From a virus (taxonomy: Duplodnaviria; Caudoviricetes): a stretch of DNA of 51,777 nt. The translations under genes and the position numbers were made by a program. The notes under the pieces are model-generated. The model was not told the DNA's origin, did not search any database, and saw nothing but the letters and a program-made list of their open reading frames with translations. How positions within the stretch are numbered: the stretch's first letter is position 1; the number at the start of each line of letters is the position of its first letter. Positions 25,001 through 33,172 of the stretch are shown here, piece by piece. The DNA is taken from positions 1-51,777 of IMG/VR virus record IMGVR_UViG_3300020042_005180; one strand, given 5' to 3'.

Positions 25001-28000
25001 TTATTGTCATGTCACCAGATATCACTCCAGATTCTAATAGGTCATTATTAATAGCCAACAACTCAGCCTTTAATTTTTGATCTTGTTTTTCAAGTGCATC
25101 CTTTGAAAAGTTTGATACCGTCTCTATGTTTGCAGATTCTTTAAGTACCACGTCTAGTCCCTTCACTCTTGATGGGGCTACCGCGTTCTTAACTATCTCA
25201 GCCATATCTATATAGTCATCTATATTTTCAACCATAGATGGGTCTATCTTTGCAAACTCATTGGCCATGCCTACAACCTGTGCCTGATTGTCTGACTTTA
25301 ATAACCTCTTTATAGCTCTCCTGTACGAGAATGCATTGTTTAATCTTTCTTGATAGTCTGCCCTATCGAATACCTTAGCTGCGTAGTCAATAAGTCTTTC
25401 AACCATAACTGGGTTGTCAAGGTTTACTTGACTAACTCTCTTGATGATTGTGGACGCTTGGCTCACCTTCAATTTTCCAAGCTTGACCATCCCTTTGATG
25501 GCATCAGACAACGACTTTCTTTTTGAGTTAAGATCAGCCTTAGCCTCTCTAGCTGCCTTGGCCTCTAGTCTTAGTTGATCTTTAAATGCAGCCGCTTCGT
25601 TAACTGTAACCATCTTTGGTTTAGGCGTACCCATTACCTTAGCTACAGATGGTGCCTTCTTTAACTTTTGACTTTTAGATTGCTTGAAGTCTCTTATCTT
25701 CTGCTCTCTTTCTATGTCGGTTGCATCTTGATACCACTTTGACTTCTGTATGTAGTCTAGTGCATTCTGAGTAGCTTTGGGCCAAGTTGTTCCACGATCT
25801 AATGACTTCTTGAATACAGACTCAGACTCATTGTCCATCCTTGTTTCTTGTGGAGTCTTTTGGAATTTAATTTTTCCACCCTTAGCTGACTTAGTTTCAA
25901 ACATAGGATCAGATGGGGATATTTTTTTGGCGTTTTTAGCTAATACCAAGGCTCCTACTTGTATAACTTCCTCTGCCGAAGCTAGTGGCATACCGTCTGT
26001 CTTATCGTAGAACCAACTATGTCTGAATGGATTCATTCCTACCTGTGTCCAAGCAGGGTCATTCATTAATTCTTTTGCTCTAGCATATACAGCTTCTGGA
26101 TCTTCATTAACCCAATCACCAAACATTCTAGCTATAGTTGATTTATTCTGAGTGTCCATTGCTATTCTTATAGCAGGGCCAGGAAATGTTTTAAAATCTA
26201 CATTTTTTAGGACAGCTGTTTGACCATATGCAATTGATTTACCTTCTTTATTTCCATCATGAATTGAAACAACCCATGTATCATAATCTTCATAAGCAGG
26301 GATATCTAATCTAGATGCTACCTTTTCTCCATCTTCAAGATTTTTAGTAAGACCAATAATACCTGTGGCTACTTTTGAAGTATCTAATGAATTAGTTATA
26401 TCTTCTAAACTTGGTAAGGTAGGAACTTCTTTAAAAGACTTAATAGGTTGATTTTTAGAAACAATATTAAGGTATTCCTCTTGATTTATTAATTCATTAT
26501 AATAATCTTTTGCTGCTTGTTCTACTATTGGGTTTCTCTTTTGTTTTTGATTAACCTTATTATTTTTTCTCCAAGATTCTCTTTGCTCTTTAGTTTGACC
26601 AAGTGATTCTAAAGCTGCATCATAACCAGGCTTGGCTTCTTTATCTGTTGTTAGTTGAGTCTTCTGCTGTTTTATTTTACCTATCTCATCTTGTTCAATA
26701 AAATCTAATTGTTTAATATAGTTTAATGCCTCTTGGATTGGTAAATCTATTTTAGTTATATCAATAGGTAAATCATTAATTGAAGAATAATACCATCTAT
26801 GATGTCCGTCAATAATATAATTATCACTACTTACAATAACTTTTTTTGAATAAGGTGCATCGTTTTTAAATTTATCTGTATTATCTATATTTATTTCATT
26901 TTGACTTGGCTTTAACGTATTTGCCATGGCCCCATCTATATCCTCAAAACTTATTTTATCGTTCTTTAATTTATCAAATAGAATAGGTAAAAACCTTGTT
27001 CTTATTTGTGGCATTTCACTTCTCTTTAATCCTAAACTTTCTTTTGGATAAAATATATTTTTACCATCCTCTTGACTAATTTCTCCTTCAACTCCAGTCT
27101 TTTGTTGTTTTATTTTGGATGGTTGTTCAGTATCATCTATATCCTCATCCTCTACAGCTTGACCTTCTTCTTCAGCTTTAATTTCGTAATTAAATTTTTC
27201 GCCAGCTGATTTCCATTTATCATATGTATAATTTGCAGCATCTTCATAACTAATTCCTTCAATATTTGCTTGAACTCCAAGTGTTTTATAAAGATTTTTT
27301 TCAAAATACCAAAGTATTGCTTGAGTATCAGCAATACTTAAATCATATCCCTGCTTGTTTAATTTATTTACAGCATCAGATATAGTATCATACATGAATT
27401 GACGATCGCTACTATTAAATGGAGCGTCATTAATATTTTCAAAAGCGGCTTTATATATTGTATTTGCTGCTTTTTCTACTTCGGTTCCATTTTTATATCC
27501 TTTAGCAGCGTAAGAATCACGATAAGATCTAGAAGCTAGCAAAGCTTCCTCGTTATTCATCTCTGGATTTCCAAGCAACGCCTTAAATCTATCAAGGCCG
27601 ATAGCTTCACCCTTTGTATTAAAACCTTTATTAACTGTTGGTATTAGTGTACCTCTATATCTATTAAACGTCCTAGACCACCATCTATCAAGTGTTGGAT
27701 ATGCTTCATTTCCTGATAGATTAGAGAAGAACATTCCTAATTTTGCCCCAAATACAGAAGCAGCAAACGGAGCTTTAAAGCTAACAGGCCAACTAGTTTT
27801 TAATGGCGCAAGACCCTCTTTTTTTCTTTCTTTATTTATATCTTGAATAGATCTAACATCCATTAAGTCTTTTTTAATAGCAGCTATATCTCCATTATAT
27901 TCAACAAGTAAATCATTTATTCTTTTTAGATTGGCTTCGAAAGAAGCTACTCTATTGCCAGAAAGAGTGATTGGCATCACACCATTTTTTTTATAATAAT

Positions 28001-31000
28001 CGTATGCTTCAGAAGCCAATTTGAAATTACTCATAACCTTCTGACCATCAGATGTAATTGCTACAAGCATAGTAAACAAATCTCTTGCATTCTGATCTGT
28101 TTTCATTTCAGGGAAAATCTTAGACATTCTATCTAATGACTTTTGATACAATTTACCATACCAACCTTTACCACTTTTATCACCCATAACACCAATGAAG
28201 TACTTTACTTCATCAACCATCCAGTTAGATATTTTTTTACGAGCTTCTGGAGAGTTATCCTTTTGAGAAATTGTACCATATTTAGCACGTTGCCTAGCTT
28301 CAAGTGCTTCCCCAATTTTTCTAGTTATATTCTTTCCTTTTTTTAAACCAAACTTCTCTAGGGATTCATTTCCCTTCATAATTTCTGTAGCCTGCTTTTT
28401 AATTTTACCTTCACCTCTATAATCTCCCTCAATCGCCTTACCAGTCATAAGACTTTTAGACATATAATTAATAAAGTCAACAGCCTCTTGTGCAGTTGCA
28501 CTAGACTTTATTATTACAGGTAAACCTAAGCTTTTAGCTATTCTATTAATTAGATTTAAAAACTTTTGAAACTTTGTTGTTGTTAACTCAGTCTCTGCTT
28601 CGGACATAATAGCTCCAAGCTCAGACAGAAACTCCTCTGCCCTATCTGATTCCTTATACATAGAGATAAACTTGTCTAACTTAGCCTTAACCTCTTTATC
28701 TGATATAATATTTTTAAGACCATTAGCAAAGTCAGTTATAGTCTGAAAAGACTTTCCAGACCTTAGTATTGCCTCGTGGAATGCCTCGTGTAGTATTGTA
28801 GTTTCCTTAGCAGTCTCCATGTTTATATGAATCTCTTTCTTAATTTGAGCTCCTGCTGCATTTTCTACCTCATTAGATATATCATCTACATCTCTACCAG
28901 TTGTATCTGCTATGGCTTGGTGCATCTCTGACTTATTGTTGTGAAGGTATACCTTAACACCAGGCAAAGACCTCATTATCATAGCTGCTGACTTAACTAT
29001 TTTTTGTTTTAACGGTGTATCTTGTCTCGATACCATCTCTCTTGAGTTCTCAGTGGTAACTAAGTTTTGCTTGTACTCTGCTTTCTTAGTTTCTGTCTTA
29101 GCTGCAACTTCTTGAGTGCCAAAAACATTTGGCATTCTTCCCTCCTTCAACGCCTTAGCAATTTCCTTAAACTGCTGTGGTGTAAACTCCATTGGGTTTT
29201 CTCCCGTTGCACCAGTCTTTACATTTTCAAATGTGCTCATGTCAAACAGAGACTCTTGTCCTGACAATCGACCAAACTCAATAGCTTGACCTCTAGATGA
29301 TTCAGGTGCAAGTATGTTAAGGTCTATAGATACCTGATTGCTATTGGGGAACTTATAGATACCAACCTTTACCGTCTCAGAGTCTCCGATCTTATCAGAG
29401 TGCTCTTCAACAAAGTTAGATATCATATCTGGAGTAAGCTCATCCATTGTTGTGTTCATGCTAATTACAGGTACAACTAATCCAGGACCTTCGTACTTAA
29501 CTCCGTCAATATTAAATGTAGCACCATCCTCATCAACTTCGTTCAATGACTTTACTCGGCCCACCTCTGCTGTTGTGTTGGTAGCAATGGCAGGTTTGTC
29601 TATTGTTATTTCAGTTGTAGTTTCTAACAAAGGACTGATTAGCTTGTCGTACTTGTTGTAAATCTTATTGTACTTATCTAGTACAGTCTTTGGCATGAGA
29701 GTTTTATCTACCTCACCATTTACTTTGTAGCTTTCTATTTTAGGTATGGCCTTAAGAAGCTCCGCTTGTTCTTCAGATCTGTAGGTAGCTACTTCTTCTT
29801 GTACTTTGCTTGAGATAGTGCTATCGCCACTATCTGTTTCATTGACCGTGGCTTGCCGTTGTCCCCCTTCGCTGACCCCGACTTCTTGTTGTCCTTCACT
29901 AGTTCCTTGATATTCGCTGACACCGCCTTCTGTTGTGCCTGCTTGCTGTTGTTCTGTGGTTTCTTTAGTGGCATTTTTGCTTATTGTTTTTAGTTCGTCA
30001 TTAATCTTGTTTATTCTGTCAGTTTGAGCAGCAACGAGGGCAGGATCTTTTCCTTCTCTTTGTTTGGTTAACCTAATCTTTTCAGAAACTAAATTAATTG
30101 ATTTTATTTGATCTTCAGGGCTAATGTCGTCAGGAATACTCTCAAACATACCTGAGAATTCATTCATGTTCTGTAGCTCTGCCTCAGCCTCTGACTTAGT
30201 AAGTTTACCTGTTAATATATCGGACTTTAAGTTAGCAACAATTATTTTTTTAAATTCCTTATCGGTAGACATCTCCTTTAAAAACTTTAAATCTTTCTCA
30301 TTGTACAGTGAAATATTTCCTGTCATGATTCCAGTTGTAACGGTTCCAAATGTTGATATTGTCATACCACCTATCGCTTCCATTAAGCCATCTTCCCATA
30401 CCCTTGTTGCGCCCTCAGAAAACGAGGCTGGAGTTGTAAAATACTCATCCCCAGTTAAAGTTTCAAGTTCTCCATTACGCATTTTTTTACCTTTAACTGT
30501 ATTATACAGGGCCTTTAAGCCAATATCTAATACAAGTGATTGAGTAGCACCAGTTTCAAATTCAGCAAGTGTACCATTTGCTATCCTCATAACACCCTTA
30601 CCAATTAAACTTTTAACTTCTTTATTAATTATTTTTTCAAGAGCTATCTTTTCAAATCCATCTGGCATCTTTTTTAATGACCTAGATATGATGCCCTTAA
30701 ATAATCCACCTGAAAATGATTCGCCCTTTACTGCGTTCTTTAATCCATAATTTTCAAGGACACCCATAAGGACCGCGTATGGAACAGCTATGATAGCTCT
30801 ATCTGCCGCACTAGTTGTTTTAAAGTCTGGGTCGTCAAGCATCTCATCCTCAATAGAGCTGTATGCCTGAGACGCTAAAGCGCTAAAGCTTGCTGTTGAT
30901 CCAGCAAACCCAGCCAACATTGCAGGTGCTGACTCGGCAACTCCATATATTGCCTTCTCAAATAGACCAACATCTTTTGAAGACATATACTCCTTTGTTG

Positions 31001-33167
31001 TTTCACTTCCAAGCGCCCCTATAACTATACCTCTTAATCCTTTTTTCTGACGTTTTCGTATTTCGTTTAGAGATATATTTCTAATCTCTTTGTCTGTATA
31101 TCCCTGATCCTTATAATATTTTTCTTCTTCAACATCTGTATACACCCTAACATCATTTGCCACATTATATCCCTGCATCGAACCAGTTATTAATGGTTCA
31201 ACTATCTTAACTATACCTGTCAGAACTGAGTTAAGAACCCCACCTCCAAATGATCCTATCTGTGCCTTTGACTTAATATATTCTCCAGCTACAACATTTA
31301 TCTTTTTTTGTGATTTTTCTATGTTATTAAATGAAGTAGATATGTTGTCTCTTCTTATTTCAAGGGCTTCTGCCTTATCTTCTAATATCTTTTTTTGCGA
31401 TTCATAAACCTCCCTGGACATTGTCGCAGCTGACTTATTAAAGATTTCGACTAATACTTCGTATTGGTTTATGTCATCCTTTAATTTTTTACCTGAATTA
31501 GCTAAGTCATTTAAGTGGATGTTATAGTTCAGAACTTGACCTTGAACTATCTCTTCAGTCAGGTATGTATCTATCTTGCTTTTTACTTGTTTCTTTAGTT
31601 CCTTATTTCCAGAAGTTTCTGCTACACTAAGTTGTTCATATAATGACTTTATTTTTTGGTCATTTATATTATACTGTTCTTCTTTTTTCTTTTTGTATAT
31701 ATCATATAAAGGTCCATCGATCAATTTATATTTTGATCCATGTTCTGTAGTCCTACTATCTACCTCTATCCTCATTTCATCAAGTGATAGGGACTTGAAT
31801 AAGTTTTTATATTCTTCTGAGTTATAATATTTTTTTATTTCAGTTTGTGTCTTAACATTGTCAGTAGGTATAGCCCTTGAAATGTCGTATTCACTATCCT
31901 CAAATGACTTCCTTATATACCCTAATCTTTTGCTTATTTTAGATGATTGATCAGAAGTTCTTTTTGATGCGTTTTGCTCTAAAAAGTTTCTAAGCTTTAA
32001 TGCCTCGTCAGGATTTTTTTCATCAAACTCTACAGTTATTTCCTTACGATTTGATGCAGTAACTCTAACCCTGTCTATGTTAAACAATCCCTCTTGAGAG
32101 AACGAAAAGCCATAGTCTTTGTATTTCTTATCTAGATAAGCAACTGCACTTTCTTCTGTTTTTGCAGTTAGAGAAGAGTTAATATCTGCAAATTTTAATT
32201 TTTCTTCTTTTACTGTAGGAGATGCAACTTCTTTATATTCAACGTCTTTACCGTATCTTTCATTTAATGCAGATATAGCATTCTTATCAGAAACAGTACT
32301 GTATTCAGCAGCTCCTGGAATTAATCTCTTCCACTCACCGTTGTCTATTTTATATAAATTGTATTTTTTCTCTTCAGTATCATCGAAATTAGTAAACACC
32401 TCATCTATAGCATCTAAAGAGGCCTCCTTTTTAAAGTAATTATTAAGTGCTAATAGTCTGTCTTTTTCCTTTATAGGAACCCATTCCTGTTCTGTTGAGA
32501 ATGCATTAAGGTTAATCAAAGAATTTTGCCTAGTTATAGTTCCTCCTCCTGGCTGAACTATTGTTTCATATGTTGGCTTTGCGGCTTTTGCCTCAAACCA
32601 ATGATTGCCTACAAGTTTGTAAGCCTTACCCTCTTTCCCTGGATATCCTCTGTATATATCCTTGCTACTAAGATCACTTTCTATAGATTCCTCTGCTATC
32701 TTATCGTCATATTCCTTTTGAATCTGTGCTTGTAATACCTTCTCTTTAGCTGCTAAATCTTCCTCTTGTTCATATATATTGGGATTTTGGGCCTTAAATT
32801 GTGCTGGATAACTATTGTCACCTAACGGCTCTTTAGAAACTGGTTTGCCAGATGTAGTCAACGATGGCGGCGGTTTTTTTTCTGCTTGTGCACTACCTTC
32901 CTGCATTCGTTTTATAATGGCACCTTCATCCCATTCATCTACTTGGGGCTTGTCTTCAGCTCTTTTTGCATTTTTATTTAGCTCCTTTACTCTATTAGCT
33001 ATATTTCCTCCTTCGAGTGCTAAAAATTTACCGTTATACTCTCTAGACCAACTCCCGTTTGATTTCTTATATCTTACGCCACCGTATATATATATACCGT
33101 CATCCCCTCCATTTAAATATTCTGAGGAGCTTAGGAAATCATCTGGAGATAATTGTCTACCTAACAT
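22059..33167 (-). CDS. Giant (3702 aa) polyvalent virion/ejection protein
   Basis: Lies after smaller ejection-type genes; contains a zincin HEAFH motif, a ParB/Srx-like domain (IIDGHHRW), an HhH-glycosylase-like domain and coiled coils. Confidence 0.88.
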   Translation of the reverse strand: MLGRQLSPDDFLSSSEYLNGGDDGIYIYGGVRYKKSNGSWSREYNGKFLALEGGNIANRVKELNKNAKRAEDKPQVDEWDEGAIIKRMQEGSAQAEKKPPPSLTTSGKPVSKEPLGDNSYPAQFKAQNPNIYEQEEDLAAKEKVLQAQIQKEYDDKIAEESIESDLSSKDIYRGYPGKEGKAYKLVGNHWFEAKAAKPTYETIVQPGGGTITRQNSLINLNAFSTEQEWVPIKEKDRLLALNNYFKKEASLDAIDEVFTNFDDTEEKKYNLYKIDNGEWKRLIPGAAEYSTVSDKNAISALNERYGKDVEYKEVASPTVKEEKLKFADINSSLTAKTEESAVAYLDKKYKDYGFSFSQEGLFNIDRVRVTASNRKEITVEFDEKNPDEALKLRNFLEQNASKRTSDQSSKISKRLGYIRKSFEDSEYDISRAIPTDNVKTQTEIKKYYNSEEYKNLFKSLSLDEMRIEVDSRTTEHGSKYKLIDGPLYDIYKKKKEEQYNINDQKIKSLYEQLSVAETSGNKELKKQVKSKIDTYLTEEIVQGQVLNYNIHLNDLANSGKKLKDDINQYEVLVEIFNKSAATMSREVYESQKKILEDKAEALEIRRDNISTSFNNIEKSQKKINVVAGEYIKSKAQIGSFGGGVLNSVLTGIVKIVEPLITGSMQGYNVANDVRVYTDVEEEKYYKDQGYTDKEIRNISLNEIRKRQKKGLRGIVIGALGSETTKEYMSSKDVGLFEKAIYGVAESAPAMLAGFAGSTASFSALASQAYSSIEDEMLDDPDFKTTSAADRAIIAVPYAVLMGVLENYGLKNAVKGESFSGGLFKGIISRSLKKMPDGFEKIALEKIINKEVKSLIGKGVMRIANGTLAEFETGATQSLVLDIGLKALYNTVKGKKMRNGELETLTGDEYFTTPASFSEGATRVWEDGLMEAIGGMTISTFGTVTTGIMTGNISLYNEKDLKFLKEMSTDKEFKKIIVANLKSDILTGKLTKSEAEAELQNMNEFSGMFESIPDDISPEDQIKSINLVSEKIRLTKQREGKDPALVAAQTDRINKINDELKTISKNATKETTEQQQAGTTEGGVSEYQGTSEGQQEVGVSEGGQRQATVNETDSGDSTISSKVQEEVATYRSEEQAELLKAIPKIESYKVNGEVDKTLMPKTVLDKYNKIYNKYDKLISPLLETTTEITIDKPAIATNTTAEVGRVKSLNEVDEDGATFNIDGVKYEGPGLVVPVISMNTTMDELTPDMISNFVEEHSDKIGDSETVKVGIYKFPNSNQVSIDLNILAPESSRGQAIEFGRLSGQESLFDMSTFENVKTGATGENPMEFTPQQFKEIAKALKEGRMPNVFGTQEVAAKTETKKAEYKQNLVTTENSREMVSRQDTPLKQKIVKSAAMIMRSLPGVKVYLHNNKSEMHQAIADTTGRDVDDISNEVENAAGAQIKKEIHINMETAKETTILHEAFHEAILRSGKSFQTITDFANGLKNIISDKEVKAKLDKFISMYKESDRAEEFLSELGAIMSEAETELTTTKFQKFLNLINRIAKSLGLPVIIKSSATAQEAVDFINYMSKSLMTGKAIEGDYRGEGKIKKQATEIMKGNESLEKFGLKKGKNITRKIGEALEARQRAKYGTISQKDNSPEARKKISNWMVDEVKYFIGVMGDKSGKGWYGKLYQKSLDRMSKIFPEMKTDQNARDLFTMLVAITSDGQKVMSNFKLASEAYDYYKKNGVMPITLSGNRVASFEANLKRINDLLVEYNGDIAAIKKDLMDVRSIQDINKERKKEGLAPLKTSWPVSFKAPFAASVFGAKLGMFFSNLSGNEAYPTLDRWWSRTFNRYRGTLIPTVNKGFNTKGEAIGLDRFKALLGNPEMNNEEALLASRSYRDSYAAKGYKNGTEVEKAANTIYKAAFENINDAPFNSSDRQFMYDTISDAVNKLNKQGYDLSIADTQAILWYFEKNLYKTLGVQANIEGISYEDAANYTYDKWKSAGEKFNYEIKAEEEGQAVEDEDIDDTEQPSKIKQQKTGVEGEISQEDGKNIFYPKESLGLKRSEMPQIRTRFLPILFDKLKNDKISFEDIDGAMANTLKPSQNEINIDNTDKFKNDAPYSKKVIVSSDNYIIDGHHRWYYSSINDLPIDITKIDLPIQEALNYIKQLDFIEQDEIGKIKQQKTQLTTDKEAKPGYDAALESLGQTKEQRESWRKNNKVNQKQKRNPIVEQAAKDYYNELINQEEYLNIVSKNQPIKSFKEVPTLPSLEDITNSLDTSKVATGIIGLTKNLEDGEKVASRLDIPAYEDYDTWVVSIHDGNKEGKSIAYGQTAVLKNVDFKTFPGPAIRIAMDTQNKSTIARMFGDWVNEDPEAVYARAKELMNDPAWTQVGMNPFRHSWFYDKTDGMPLASAEEVIQVGALVLAKNAKKISPSDPMFETKSAKGGKIKFQKTPQETRMDNESESVFKKSLDRGTTWPKATQNALDYIQKSKWYQDATDIEREQKIRDFKQSKSQKLKKAPSVAKVMGTPKPKMVTVNEAAAFKDQLRLEAKAAREAKADLNSKRKSLSDAIKGMVKLGKLKVSQASTIIKRVSQVNLDNPVMVERLIDYAAKVFDRADYQERLNNAFSYRRAIKRLLKSDNQAQVVGMANEFAKIDPSMVENIDDYIDMAEIVKNAVAPSRVKGLDVVLKESANIETVSNFSKDALEKQDQKLKAELLAINNDLLESGVISGDMTIKEIQEILNAIKDPEYKMDSKEKERYVRSYLLKRFESLASIVTDIIKTNQNPFTGEQVAITVKDRAIISDLLKVDLSEMSIRDAIFAVEAMDNFINNGITSKLEGALSAYKGQLGLKEQIKSGKVARALKLYFSPRLGRIFGKEFTPLSLMIERMFSGVKSGISVMKSMGLDIVINGVNKANYLHNKIINEYYEKFIKNSKTFHNPENVYERGMLSFLKRNVTGSLEEMKAETNRRVNLITQSIDVLNNYGDKSQKTMAEVYQKVFDKLGVSTGDMDVINSNASKENRDAVDWWVDQWSKHYKDLHDVSLSIYNYDLGSDVNYTPDQFKILKTKSIDKELLERNSSFLISMDKVIDKTKTGVLMESTRPTTMEVGRYVSLDFDSNNSNSLKGALVDINTAAGIRQVDGFLNSNLLNKLIPTAKDRELLETRVNIYIRRAKGKIFIPSDLYKDADAVLNFAASLGVGKALGGVLQSVKQTVPIAISTAMMTGKFNIATLEFNEWLNNTGMPISNRGIESLSTIESIDRRMEAKGTKFKDSLKTIQEVQQLYVKFFLSRPDVFIARSGFQSYYLQYMGESSIDWADHKPNQDALNYAQSMVDRQQNISDPMLGGEFLTAEDGMKRMAKKILFPFASFGLNQKARLNSDIINIGSKTTSNEDRKIAYKSAAATVAEMVAYRAISVGIGIGLYKVAKAIVLGILGDDDDDDEDDKKMLESATKFPVKSMINDIISPIQMTDRYVTMSTDLLLSFTTGYNESELDELVKQENEIRSLKDEDPMDKKQEDKFRQEEKQKSLYQVGSKYDDNHGLGMISIASDLYKKIYNDYSLAITGEFEDEYKGNITIKKIRPVEQDLMKNTLYFSTLFAMGILPKESDQIVTKVVNMVKKNAMSESEYTKYEDFKKEFKREPSQFEMGMIKSDKEYEYISKDINWVNRGGGLNLAQGREYVKLLNTLGEVTGRTLLEIKAGKTADQIVKSMRAKL
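29789..29974 (-). CDS. Nested out-of-frame small basic protein (MPLKK...ANI.EL...KQ.VAIALS type)
   Basis: 61 aa; resembles a recalled family of stand-alone phage genes; A-rich leader aactaaaaacaataagcaaaaATG. Confidence 0.7.
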   Translation of the reverse strand: MPLKKPQNNSKQAQQKAVSANIKELVKDNKKSGSAKGDNGKPRSMKQIVAIALSQAKYKKK

Positions 33168-33172
33168 GTTTT

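Noticed and set aside
22059-33167. Giant protein as a crAss-like virion RNA polymerase
   Set aside because: No DxDGD/DFDID-type catalytic motif found on reading; the only Asp run is a low-complexity DDDDDDEDD. Late genes carry host-type TAnnTTTG boxes. A profile search is needed to exclude it fully.
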